NCBI GenBank assembly: GCA_964582465.1
Contig: CAZOQX010000003.1
Coordinates: forward strand, 1,115 to 65,114
Reading direction: 5' to 3'
DNA length: 64,000 bases
From: an uncultured Candidatus Saccharibacteria bacterium
Lineage (GTDB): Bacteria; Patescibacteriota; Saccharimonadia; UBA4664; CAZOQX01
The notes beneath the pieces are model-generated. The model was not told where the DNA came from and ran no database searches. It saw only the letters and a program-made list of their open reading frames with translations. Positions within the stretch are counted from its first letter, which is position 1. Every line of letters starts with the position of its first letter. A program made the translations under genes and the position numbers. Below, in pieces: positions 49,144 through 58,138 of this stretch.

Positions 49144-49233
49144 GGAGAGGTCGCATAGTGGCCTAGTGCGCTCGCTTGGAAAGCGGGTGAAGTCGCAAGG
49201 CTTCCGAGGGTTCGAATCCCTCCCTCTCCGCCA
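49144..49233 (+). tRNA. tRNA-Ser (anticodon GGA), CCA encoded
   Basis: Hand-folded. Acceptor GGAGAGG/CCTCTCC, 3-bp D-stem (type II), anticodon stem CTCGC/GCGGG with loop TTGGAAA (anticodon GGA), long variable arm TGAAGTCGCAAGGCTTCC, T-arm GAGGG-TTCGAAT-CCCTC, discriminator G, CCA. Confidence 0.85.
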
Positions 49234-49259
49234 ATTTCAAAAAGGTTTGACTTTAAAAA

Positions 49260-49293
49260 GTGATGCCCCGCCTCACGACGGGGCATCACTTTT
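49260..49293. terminator. Bidirectional rho-independent terminator (10-bp perfect stem GTGATGCCCC/GGGGCATCAC)
   Basis: Read directly. A-run on the 5' side and TTTT on the 3' side. Sits between tRNA-Ser (plus) and the 3' end of the minus-strand gene 49316..49651. Confidence 0.75.
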
Positions 49294-49315
49294 GATGCAT
49301 TGTCGATCAGCGGGA

Positions 49316-49651
49316 CTAAATGAGCTGGGAGAGAGCCGCTCGGTCCTCGGCCATCCACAGGTACCCCTTGCGGGTGGTGGTATTGACGAATCCCCCCACT
49401 GCCCACCTCTTGTGGGTCTCGATTACTTCGCCGTCCAACGTCTCAGACATGACCATGCCCTCGATGTTGTGCGTGTGACCAGAACCGTCCTCGTGCTCGA
49501 GACGGCGGATGCGTGCGTAGACGGTGTGGCCATTCGCGAGATCGAGCTTGGCGAACAGTTTCACCGGACTGAAGGCGAATTTATAGCAATCCGCCAGTCG
49601 ATCGTCAGAAGGACAATCGACTATCTCGAGCTTTTCCAACCAATTCGTCAT
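49316..49651 (-). CDS. Hypothetical protein in a GC-rich block adjacent to tRNA-Ser
   Basis: 111 aa, no recognised motifs. The block ~49300-49760 is visibly GC-rich. An AT-rich promoter region follows before the ABC transporter. Confidence 0.4.
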   Translation of the reverse strand: MTNWLEKLEIVDCPSDDRLADCYKFAFSPVKLFAKLDLANGHTVYARIRRLEHEDGSGHTHNIEGMVMSETLDGEVIETHKRWAVGGFVNTTTRKGYLWMAEDRAALSQLI

Positions 49652-49816
49652 GCCACCCCCTTTGGGGTACGGTGTCTGTCAGGCCGACACTCTCGCCGTT
49701 ACTCCTTTGGGGAGTCACCAGCCCATACGAGCTGGGATTTAATTAGGATAATACCACTTAAGCTTTAGTTTGTCAATTGATTAGCCAAACCACTGACGCG
49801 GATTTACAATTAGGCT

Positions 49817-50497
49817 ATGCTCGTAATCGCCCTCAAGCAAGTTAACAAAGTTTTTCACGACCAGGCCACCCCGACGCCCGTATTATTCGATATTAATATT
49901 GAAGTGAGTAAGGGCGATTTTGTAGCCATTAGCGGGCCGTCCGGGTCGGGCAAATCAACTCTAATGAACATCTTGGGCCTGCTAGATACTCCCACCAGCG
50001 GCCACTATCTGCTAGACGGCAAGGAAGTTGGTAATCTGCCCGACCGCAAGTTGGCCAAATTCCGGCGCCAGAAAATCGGCTTCGTTTTCCAGAACTTTAA
50101 TCTCATCCCCCGCCTAACGCTATTACAAAATATCGAGCTACCGATGATCTACGCCGGTCTTAGCGCCAAGGAGCGCCACGCCCGCGCCGCTCGGCTCTTA
50201 AAACAAGTCGGGCTAGACGCCTTCGCCGACTATAAACCCACCCAGGTCTCCGGCGGCCAAGCCCAGCGCGTCGCTATCGCCCGAGCCCTCGCCAATAAGC
50301 CAAGTCTGCTGCTAGCCGACGAACCCACCGGCAACTTGGACAGCAAAAATAGCCGGGCCATCATGGAGCAGCTCAAAGTCCTGAATAAAGCCGGCGTCAC
50401 CATTATCGTGGTTACCCATAATCCAGAGGTAGCCGCCTTTACCCACCGCACCATTACCGTTCGCGACGGCCGCATCCAACCCAGGAGAACCGTATGA
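49817..50497 (+). CDS. ABC transporter ATP-binding protein (MacB/LolD/FtsE family)
   Basis: Walker A GPSGSGKST, signature LSGGQAQRVAIARAL, Walker B LLLADEPTGNLD. Confidence 0.9.
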   Translation: MLVIALKQVNKVFHDQATPTPVLFDINIEVSKGDFVAISGPSGSGKSTLMNILGLLDTPTSGHYLLDGKEVGNLPDRKLAKFRRQKIGFVFQNFNLIPRLTLLQNIELPMIYAGLSAKERHARAARLLKQVGLDAFADYKPTQVSGGQAQRVAIARALANKPSLLLADEPTGNLDSKNSRAIMEQLKVLNKAGVTIIVVTHNPEVAAFTHRTITVRDGRIQPRRTV

Positions 50498-51717
50498 TCT
50501 GGGAAAACTTTAAAATGGCCCTACGTTCGCTACGTGGCGCCAAGCTGCGCTCATTCCTAACCATGCTCGGCATTATCATTGGTGTAGCATCGGTTACAAC
50601 AATCATCGCGATTGGCCAAGGCGTCAAAGTTGAGGTCGCCAAGCAAATTAATAGTTTTGGTGCCAATAGCGTTTTTATTACGCCGGGACAATTAATTACC
50701 ACCGACAAAAACGGCAAAACTTCCCTAAACCCCTCCGCCGGCGCTGGGACCACTACTCTAACCTCCCAGGACGTCGATTCGGTAAAAAAACTAGCCCACA
50801 TTACAAGTGTAGCCCCGATCAGTCTGTTCTCGGGTTTGATCTCTCAGGGAGCCAGCCAGGACCCGTCGGCCCTCCTACTTGCTACCACCCCGAGTTTTAA
50901 TGAAATTCAAAAACAAACCCTTGCGGCTGGCCGCTTCCTAAAGACTACCGATACGACTCAGGATGTGGTGGTACTCGGCAGCAAGGCTGCTGCCAGCTTA
51001 TTTGGCGATCACGCCGCCGTGGGCCAAACCGTTACAATTCGAACTACGCCGTTCAAAGTCGTTGGCGTTTTTGCTGCCTCACCAAACACCGGTTTTAATT
51101 TCGGCCCCAGTCTGGACGATGCCGTCTACATCCCCGAAAATAGCGCCGTTAAGCTCACCAAAAGCCCACTTCAGATCCTGAGAATCGTGGTCGAAGTTGA
51201 CTCAGCTAGCTCGGTAAACCCTGCCGTTTCCAGCTTAAAGCAGCAACTGCTTAAAAATCATGGCGGCCAAGAGGACTTCAGCGTGCTAAAGCAATCAGAT
51301 ATTATCAGCGCCACCGGCCAAATATTAAATCTGCTAACCACCTTCATAGTCGCCATCGCTTCGATCGCCCTCTTGGTTGGCGGCATCGGCATTATGAATA
51401 TCATGCTGGTGTCGGTCACCGAGCGCACTCGCGAGATCGGCATCCGCAAGGCCATCGGCGCCTCCGCTTCCATCATTATGCTGCAGTTTTTAATCGAAGC
51501 GGTGGTGATCAGCTTCATCGGTGGGCTCCTGGGCCTCGGCCTATCGCTTGTGCAGGGACAACTGGCGGAGAAATTCGCGAAAATTCATCCGGTCTATACG
51601 CTCGGTGCTATTTTGCTCGCCTTCGGTGTTTCAACGCTAATAGGCGTGGTCTTTGGCATCGCGCCAGCTATCAAGGCAGCCCGCAAGCGCCCAATCCAAG
51701 CGTTAAGATACGAGTAA
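50494..51717 (+). CDS. ABC transporter permease, MacB/FtsX family with large extracytoplasmic domain
   Basis: 407 aa. TM1, a ~230 aa extracytoplasmic domain, then three C-terminal TM helices (FtsX-like). ATGA overlap with the ATPase gene. Confidence 0.85.
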   Translation: MIWENFKMALRSLRGAKLRSFLTMLGIIIGVASVTTIIAIGQGVKVEVAKQINSFGANSVFITPGQLITTDKNGKTSLNPSAGAGTTTLTSQDVDSVKKLAHITSVAPISLFSGLISQGASQDPSALLLATTPSFNEIQKQTLAAGRFLKTTDTTQDVVVLGSKAAASLFGDHAAVGQTVTIRTTPFKVVGVFAASPNTGFNFGPSLDDAVYIPENSAVKLTKSPLQILRIVVEVDSASSVNPAVSSLKQQLLKNHGGQEDFSVLKQSDIISATGQILNLLTTFIVAIASIALLVGGIGIMNIMLVSVTERTREIGIRKAIGASASIIMLQFLIEAVVISFIGGLLGLGLSLVQGQLAEKFAKIHPVYTLGAILLAFGVSTLIGVVFGIAPAIKAARKRPIQALRYE

Positions 51718-51720
51718 CAA

Positions 51721-52734
51721 CTAGCCTAATTCTTTTTTAAGCTCTTCAACCAAATCGACAGGCAGTGGATCAACCCGGTTTAGAAATGCGAGATACACGC
51801 TCACGAAATCGCCGAGCAGCGTCGTCCATAAAATCTGCTGGATCTTGGTTTCGCCCTTGGCCTCCACTACCAGGGGCTTAGGCATATGCCCAGCGAGCAG
51901 ACGGCTCACGATGTCGTAGCTTTTAACAACGCGTGGATGATCAAAGCTGGATTTAATCTGCACCACTTTCAGCTTTGGTTGCTCCGGGTGGAGCCATCCT
52001 TGGAATTCGTTGTGTTTAAATTCAGGCCAGAGGTAATAAAAAGCTAGATTCTTGGCGTTTTCATTCAGATCAATCTTCCACTTTAAAACTGCCGGCGCCA
52101 TTTGGGTGCTACCGTAAACCACCACGACGTGCCCCTGCAGATCCTGGGCCAGTTGCTTTGCGGGGTTATTCGCCACCGACTTGTCTTTACTCCAGCTAGC
52201 GATTTCTTTAATTAACCACTCCCCCGCTTCTTCCAGCTCAGCCGTTGCACCACTAACTAGACCGACCGACTCAAGTAGCGTCGCCAGTGCTTTGAGCGCA
52301 AAGAAAACGGCCAGGCGGGGCTGCAGGGCCGCTGGGACTTTGAGCATAGGGATTTGCTCGCGTTCGGCCACCTTTTCCAGATCTCCGCCAGAGGCTAAGA
52401 TGACAACTTTAGCATTCCTCCCCTTGGCGTCCTCGAGCGCAGATAGTGCCTCCTCGGTATCACCTGAGTAACTAGAAGCTATCACTAAAGTATTTTCACC
52501 CACCCAAGCCGGCAAATTATAATCACGCACGATTTCGAAGGGCACTTGCAGATCGTCACGCAACCAACACTTAATAAATTCACCTGGCAATGCCGACCCA
52601 CCCATTCCGACAAGAACCACGTTGCTGGGCAGAGGCAGATTAATAGCAAGCGGAAATTGCTGTTTCAGTTGGGTTAGTTGGCCGGCGATTACTGCCAGTG
52701 CATTACCTTGATCAACCTCACGAACATCAGACAT
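51721..52734 (-). CDS. Bifunctional phosphoglucose/phosphomannose isomerase (SIS domain)
   Basis: 337 aa with two SIS-like halves (VVLVGMGGSALPGEF; VVVVYGSTQMAPAV). Resembles archaeal-type PGI/PMI. Confidence 0.7.
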   Translation of the reverse strand: MSDVREVDQGNALAVIAGQLTQLKQQFPLAINLPLPSNVVLVGMGGSALPGEFIKCWLRDDLQVPFEIVRDYNLPAWVGENTLVIASSYSGDTEEALSALEDAKGRNAKVVILASGGDLEKVAEREQIPMLKVPAALQPRLAVFFALKALATLLESVGLVSGATAELEEAGEWLIKEIASWSKDKSVANNPAKQLAQDLQGHVVVVYGSTQMAPAVLKWKIDLNENAKNLAFYYLWPEFKHNEFQGWLHPEQPKLKVVQIKSSFDHPRVVKSYDIVSRLLAGHMPKPLVVEAKGETKIQQILWTTLLGDFVSVYLAFLNRVDPLPVDLVEELKKELG

Positions 52735-52815
52735 GTCTCTATTATGCCATAAACGTATGATGCAAGAAGCCCGCCATCCAGGCGAAACTCCTCGCGTCAG
52801 ATGACGGGCATGTGG

Positions 52816-53205
52816 CTAGTCGGGGTAGATGGGCTCATCCCCGGTCATAATGAAGTGAAGGAAGACGTCTGCTACCCCTGGCAAGGCTTCATCCTCTGCC
52901 GGCTTATCCTTTACCGGGTCGCGGCCCTTCCAGCTCAAGAACTCGACAGCTGCCCTCATCGACAGCGAGCGGCGCACCTCTTGAGCTGAGAGTCGTGTGT
53001 GCTCTCTTGGGACCTCTTCAACCGTGGTATCGGCGCCGCTTGCGTCGATGTAAGCAGAGATGACCAGGGTCGTGGCCAAGACATTGCGAATCCTCACTAT
53101 CCCAACGGGCGAATGTACCGCACCCGCCGCCCGGGGATGCCATAAAGACAGGGCCTGGAACAAAGCTGTGGCCCGAATGTCTTCTTCTCTTGAGAGCAGA
53201 CTCAC
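52816..53205 (-). CDS. Hypothetical protein in a GC-rich block between PGI/PMI and groEL
   Basis: 129 aa ORF. High GC by eye. No recognised motif. Overlapping plus-strand ORFs make coding status uncertain. Confidence 0.3.
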   Translation of the reverse strand: MSLLSREEDIRATALFQALSLWHPRAAGAVHSPVGIVRIRNVLATTLVISAYIDASGADTTVEEVPREHTRLSAQEVRRSLSMRAAVEFLSWKGRDPVKDKPAEDEALPGVADVFLHFIMTGDEPIYPD

Positions 53206-53315
53206 TTTCCCTCCTCGGGGCTGGGTCCAACCAATTTTTCATCACCTCGAAGTAATTTACAAGCATAACAAAAAAGGAGCACGCGGGCTCCTTTTTGAAA
53301 ATCGTGGGTTAGGCC

Positions 53316-54989
53316 TTAGTAGTCCATGCCGCCCATGGGCATGCCGCCGCCCGGCGCGCCGCCGGCCGCAGGCGGTTCGGGAATATCCACTACCAGAGCA
53401 CCCATGGTCATGGCCGTCCCGGCCACACTCACAGCGTTTTGGATAGCTTCTTTCGTGACCTTGGCCGGATCCACAATCCCTTTAGTTTTCATATCAACCA
53501 GTTTATCCGGCTCGTTCACATCAAATCCATGACCGAACGCGCCGTCCCAAACTTGGGCTAGTTTTTGCTCGGCATTCAAACCGGCATTAGCCATTAACTG
53601 CTTAAACGGCTCCTGCAAAGCACTGGCGAGAATCTTGGCCCCAGCTAATTGGGTTTCCGAGAGCTTGGGGTTGTTCTGGCTGAGCACCTTCGCGAAGTTC
53701 ACTAGCGTCACTTCCCCGCCCGGCACAATCCCCTCGGCCACCGCCGCCTTGGTCGCAGCCACGGCATCATCAACTCGGAATTTCTTTTCTTCAATCTCAG
53801 TTTCGGTCGCGCCACCAACCTTGATGACAGCAACTTTGCCTTTTAGAGCAGCTAGTCGCTTCTCGAAGTTTTCCTTTTCGAATTCGCTAGTAGCCTTTTC
53901 GACCTGCAGCTTCAATTGAGAAATGCGATCTTTAATGGCCGCCGGGTCACCGTATCCCTCAACAATCGTGGTGTTATCCTTGTCGGCTACAATCTTGCGC
54001 GCGCTGCCGAGCATACTCACATCGGCATTCTCAAAGGTATGGCCCTGGTCCTCAGAGATCATGGTGGCACCAGTGAGAACGGCAATGTCTTCAAGAATGG
54101 CCTTGCGGCGATCACCAAAGGCCGGCGCCTTGATGGCGAGCGTATTAAAGACGCCTTTCAAACGGTTCAAGACAAGCGTGGCTAGAGCCTCGCCCTCAAC
54201 GTCTTCGGCAATAATGACGAGCTCTTTCTTCCCGCCCTGGGCAATTTTCTCGAGTAGCGGCAAAATTTCTTGAATTGAGCCGACCTTTTTGTCGGTCACC
54301 AAAATTAAAGGTTTTTCGTAAACGGCTTCCATGCGCCCCGGATCGGTCACCATATAGGCGCTGACGTAACCGCGATCAATTTGGAAACCTTCAACCACTT
54401 CGCTTTCAATCCCCAAGCTCTGGGACTGCTCGACGGTGACGGAGCCATCTTCGCCGACCGCCTCGATGACATTTGCGATCATCTGACCGATCTCGGGGTT
54501 GCCAGCCGAAACGGTGGCAACTTGAGCGATCTTTTCCTTCTTGCCTTTAATCTGCTCCGTCACTCCCGCTTTGCCGAGGTAGCCTAGGACAAAATCTTGG
54601 GCGTATTCCAAGCCTTTGCGCAGTTCCATTGGGTTATGACCAGCCGTAATAAGCTTGTTGGCCTCACTTAAGATGTGGTAGGCCAGAATTGTGGCAGTAG
54701 TGGTGCCGTCGCCAACTTGGTCGTTGGTCTTGGATGCGGCCTCTTTGATCAATTCGGCCCCGACTTTGTGGCCCAGCGTGTCAGTATCTTTATCTTGTTT
54801 TTCAGCCACTTCGATGGCCTTAGCCACTGTCACGCCATCATGCGTCACAGTCTGGTTACCATAACTTTTACCAATCACAACATTGCGGCCCTTCGGCCCC
54901 ATCGTCACGCGCACGGCGTCGTAGAGTTCTTTGGCGCCGGCGAGCACCCGATTGCGCGCTTCGTCATCATAGTAAACTTTCTTTGCCAT
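53316..54989 (-). CDS. groEL: Chaperonin GroEL
   Basis: 557 aa. Canonical GroEL sequence with C-terminal GGM repeats (GGAPGGGMPMGGMDY). Confidence 0.95.
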   Translation of the reverse strand: MAKKVYYDDEARNRVLAGAKELYDAVRVTMGPKGRNVVIGKSYGNQTVTHDGVTVAKAIEVAEKQDKDTDTLGHKVGAELIKEAASKTNDQVGDGTTTATILAYHILSEANKLITAGHNPMELRKGLEYAQDFVLGYLGKAGVTEQIKGKKEKIAQVATVSAGNPEIGQMIANVIEAVGEDGSVTVEQSQSLGIESEVVEGFQIDRGYVSAYMVTDPGRMEAVYEKPLILVTDKKVGSIQEILPLLEKIAQGGKKELVIIAEDVEGEALATLVLNRLKGVFNTLAIKAPAFGDRRKAILEDIAVLTGATMISEDQGHTFENADVSMLGSARKIVADKDNTTIVEGYGDPAAIKDRISQLKLQVEKATSEFEKENFEKRLAALKGKVAVIKVGGATETEIEEKKFRVDDAVAATKAAVAEGIVPGGEVTLVNFAKVLSQNNPKLSETQLAGAKILASALQEPFKQLMANAGLNAEQKLAQVWDGAFGHGFDVNEPDKLVDMKTKGIVDPAKVTKEAIQNAVSVAGTAMTMGALVVDIPEPPAAGGAPGGGMPMGGMDY

Positions 54990-54998
54990 TCTTCTCTC

Positions 54999-55265
54999 CT
55001 ACTTCTTTACGACTGCGAGGACATCTTCCTCTTTTAATAACAAAAGCTCTTCGCCACTCACCTTCACTTCGGTGGGCCCGTATTTGGTGTACATGATCTT
55101 GTCGCCCACCTTTACTTCTTTCACATCTTTGCCGACTGCCACTACCTCGCCCATTTGGGGTTTTTCTTTGGCAGTATCGGGCAAAATAATGCCTCCTGGT
55201 GAGCGGTCTTCGGCTTCCAGCGATTTTGCGACCAGACGGTCAGCCAAAGGCTGTAATTTCATCAT
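54999..55265 (-). CDS. groES: Co-chaperonin GroES
   Basis: 88 aa. MKLQPLADRLVAK...GGIILPDTAKEKPQ mobile-loop region. Confidence 0.95.
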   Translation of the reverse strand: MMKLQPLADRLVAKSLEAEDRSPGGIILPDTAKEKPQMGEVVAVGKDVKEVKVGDKIMYTKYGPTEVKVSGEELLLLKEEDVLAVVKK

Positions 55266-55338
55266 TGCCTCCTTAAAGCGCTTAAGTATTTAGCACTCGC
55301 AGTATATGAGTGCTAACGCTAGAAATATGGTAGCTAGA

Positions 55339-56109
55339 TCAATTCTTAGTGTCAAGCGTGGCCGCTTCGATCAGACCCTCTATCTGACGTGCCGTGTCCT
55401 CTGGGCCTTTCACCTTAATCACGTCATACCCAGCCAGCTTCACCACCTCGTCATTACCCCCTGGGGCGAGAGCATCACCAACGTAAACCACCTGGTCCCT
55501 CTCTAGGCCCAACACATCTTTAAGCTTAGTGATGGCGGTGGCCTTGTCCACTCCTTGCAGAGTTACATCAATCGAGGTTAGTCCGGCAGTATGTACGGCG
55601 TAATCAGGCAACTTGGGGATGAGCGCCGCGCGCAACCTGGCCCTCTTGATGCCATCAGGGTCCCAGGACTGCTTCTCTCCAAGCTTGGCCTGCTGCCCTA
55701 GGGCCGAAAATGTCATTTGGCTAACGCGGTCTTCAATAATTTCCCCAGCCGGCTGCGGTTCCCAGTAGCCGAGCTGCTTCGCCGTTTGTTCAATAATTGC
55801 GGCAATGCTTGCCTTCGCCGCCGCCGGAATCTCGTCCGCATAAATCTCGGTCCAAGCCGATCTATCCAAATCGTAACGAAAATAATTCGTGCCGTTCGTC
55901 GGCAAAATGTGCAGATTCTTTAGCTCCTCGACACTAGCCCGTAGCGGGTCAATCAGCTGGGTTTGGAAGCGCTCAAAGGCCGCCCCGCTAGTTACCGCCA
56001 CCTCGTATCGCGCGAGCAGTTTACGCATCAGCTCCGCCATCTCGGCACTAAGTTCCACTTTGCTTTCGGTGAGTGTGCCATCCAAATCAAAAACGATCAG
56101 CTTCTTCAT
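55339..56109 (-). CDS. HAD-IIB family hydrolase (PMM/Cof-like)
   Basis: Start placed at MKKLIVFDLDGTLT (DxDGT motif I); the track ORF extends 8 codons upstream. C-terminal YVGDALAPGGNDEV motif IV. Confidence 0.7.
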   Translation of the reverse strand: MKKLIVFDLDGTLTESKVELSAEMAELMRKLLARYEVAVTSGAAFERFQTQLIDPLRASVEELKNLHILPTNGTNYFRYDLDRSAWTEIYADEIPAAAKASIAAIIEQTAKQLGYWEPQPAGEIIEDRVSQMTFSALGQQAKLGEKQSWDPDGIKRARLRAALIPKLPDYAVHTAGLTSIDVTLQGVDKATAITKLKDVLGLERDQVVYVGDALAPGGNDEVVKLAGYDVIKVKGPEDTARQIEGLIEAATLDTKN

Positions 56110-56113
56110 AATT

Positions 56114-56509
56114 TCACCTAATCCCCGAATCAAATCGAATTACCACCCGGACGTCTTCGCCATCAGCCACTACCACTGGCTGTTGCCCGCCACCTATAGC
56201 CAGATTCACGGGGATGGCTGTACCGATCAAAGTATAGCGACCCGGCTTAACTTTAACTCTGAACTTACCATCCATATCAGATTTAGTTTTTGCCACTTTT
56301 TTTCCGGCAGAATCATTTACTTCAACCGAGTAGCTAAGGAGAGGCTTGCTGCACGGCCCGCCAAACTGGCATACGGGGCTGGTGGGACTAACCATGGCCG
56401 TACCGGAAATTGTCGCCGTTTGACCAGTGTGCGAGTGGTAATACAACCACAACCCAAAAGCACCTAGCACAACTACAATTACTACCAGCCAAGGCCATTT
56501 CTTCCTCAT
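56114..56509 (-). CDS. Membrane-anchored hypothetical protein (beta-sandwich-like)
   Basis: 131 aa. N-terminal TM helix then a Gly/Thr-rich beta-rich domain. 4-nt overlap with the upstream gene. Confidence 0.45.
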   Translation of the reverse strand: MRKKWPWLVVIVVVLGAFGLWLYYHSHTGQTATISGTAMVSPTSPVCQFGGPCSKPLLSYSVEVNDSAGKKVAKTKSDMDGKFRVKVKPGRYTLIGTAIPVNLAIGGGQQPVVVADGEDVRVVIRFDSGIR

Positions 56510-56790
56510 TTGCGGCCAACTTCTTCATACGCGGAAACCACGATCGAGCTCAAATTAGCCCATAAAAGCGGCATCCAGATCGGTACGCCGGCCAGTTGAG
56601 GCCGGGCGTAAACCCAAGCATGGGAAATGTTAACTAAAAAAGCTTCAGCCAAAAACCCCATTATGAGAGTGAGCAAGAACCAACGCGATTCGTGCTTAAG
56701 CGGCAGGTGGCGGTGTTTGACTATGGCCGCCACAATTAGCGCAAACACTAGTAGAAATGGCCAGCGCCACAAGGCGGCTACAGCAAACAT
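56506..56790 (-). CDS. Small polytopic membrane protein (hypothetical)
   Basis: The track ORF extends to 56919, overlapping the murE 3' end. The internal start MFAVAALWRW... gives a ~94-aa protein with three hydrophobic helices. Confidence 0.35.
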   Translation of the reverse strand: MFAVAALWRWPFLLVFALIVAAIVKHRHLPLKHESRWFLLTLIMGFLAEAFLVNISHAWVYARPQLAGVPIWMPLLWANLSSIVVSAYEEVGRK

Positions 56791-56827
56791 CAGGAAAGCA
56801 AAGTAAAAACTGAGCCAAGAAAGTTTC

Positions 56828-58138
56828 TTATTCACCTGGGCCTCGCTTGATTGCCCTGGCAGCCTCAGCCATCTCGTCCCACGGCCGTTTTTCCTTTCCG
56901 TGCAGAATATTTGATTCATGCCCCTTACCGAGCAGCAGAATCGTATCGTCTTTTTTAGCTAAATCGACCGCCTTTTTGATCGCTTTAGAGCGGTCATGCA
57001 CCAGGAAAAGATCCTGGTCAAGCTTTTTGCCAGCCTTCTTCGCGCCCGCCGCGATTTCGTCCATAATCACCAAGCCATCCTCGGTCCGATCATCCTCTTC
57101 CGTGATCACCACGATATCACACCACTTCCCCGCTACCTCGCCCTGCATCGGCCGCTTAGCGTGGTCGCGCTCACCGGCGCTACCGAATACCACAATCAGG
57201 CGCCCTTTGGTCACCGGTTTAATTTCGGCAAAGACCTTTTCAAACGACTCGGGCGTGTGGGCATAATCCACAATCAAGGTAAAATCCTGGCCCAAATCAA
57301 CCGTGTTCATTCGTCCCTCGACGCTTTTTACGCCAACAATCCCGTCTTCAATTTGCTTGTCGCTTAGTTTAAGCGCGATGCCGACTCCAATCGCCGCCAA
57401 AGCATTTAGCACGTTAAAGCTGCCGGGCAAATTCAGCCACAAATTCAATGTCCGGTCCCTATAACTGGCCGTAAAACCACTGCCGCCCGCCTCGGCAGTA
57501 ATATTAGACCCTCGCAATTCCCCTTTGGAAATCCCATACGTCAACGGTTTAGGTACCACCCCAGCGAACAAATCCGCACTAGGGTCTTCGGCATTCACCA
57601 CTCCCACACCTGAACTGTGAGGATTTTGGGCCACCCGTTTAAACAGTCGCAGCTTCGCATCACGGTAACGTTCAAAAGAGCCGTGATAATCCAGATGCTC
57701 ATGCGTCACATTTGTCATCACAGCCAGCGAATAACGAATCCCCCACAGCCGACCCTGAGCCAGAGCATGGCTGGTCGTTTCAATAATGATCCAATCAAGC
57801 TGGTGGGCCCGGGCTTGCTTCAAAATCTTCACTAGCGGAAAAGCCTGGATCGCCGTCATCCGAGTCGGATTTGGCCGCAGCCCATCTCCCACATCCACGG
57901 AAACGGTCGTCACCAACCCAACCTTAAACCCCGCCGCTTTCAGCATGCTATGAATTAAGGTGCTGGTCGTGGTTTTGCCGTCTGTACCAGTTACACCGAT
58001 AATTTTCAATTTTCGCGCCGGAAAGCCACCGAGCAGCTGCGCGAGCATCATTTCGCCGGTGTGCCCCCACGGCTCAATTAATTTGAACAGCCGCTTCGGA
58101 ATAAAGAACTTTACTAATCTGCGAAATTTTTCTTCCAT
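56828..58138 (-). CDS. murE: UDP-N-acetylmuramoyl-L-alanyl-D-glutamate--2,6-diaminopimelate (or L-lysine) ligase MurE
   Basis: 436 aa. GVTGTDGKTTT P-loop and DYAHTPES motif typical of MurE. Confidence 0.8.
   Translation of the reverse strand: MEEKFRRLVKFFIPKRLFKLIEPWGHTGEMMLAQLLGGFPARKLKIIGVTGTDGKTTTSTLIHSMLKAAGFKVGLVTTVSVDVGDGLRPNPTRMTAIQAFPLVKILKQARAHQLDWIIIETTSHALAQGRLWGIRYSLAVMTNVTHEHLDYHGSFERYRDAKLRLFKRVAQNPHSSGVGVVNAEDPSADLFAGVVPKPLTYGISKGELRGSNITAEAGGSGFTASYRDRTLNLWLNLPGSFNVLNALAAIGVGIALKLSDKQIEDGIVGVKSVEGRMNTVDLGQDFTLIVDYAHTPESFEKVFAEIKPVTKGRLIVVFGSAGERDHAKRPMQGEVAGKWCDIVVITEEDDRTEDGLVIMDEIAAGAKKAGKKLDQDLFLVHDRSKAIKKAVDLAKKDDTILLLGKGHESNILHGKEKRPWDEMAEAARAIKRGPGE

Noticed and set aside
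53060-53532. Plus-strand ORFs 53060..53446 and 53326..53532
   Set aside because: They overlap the 3' end of groEL antisense. The translations are Pro/Arg-rich, characteristic of GC-rich antisense frames.
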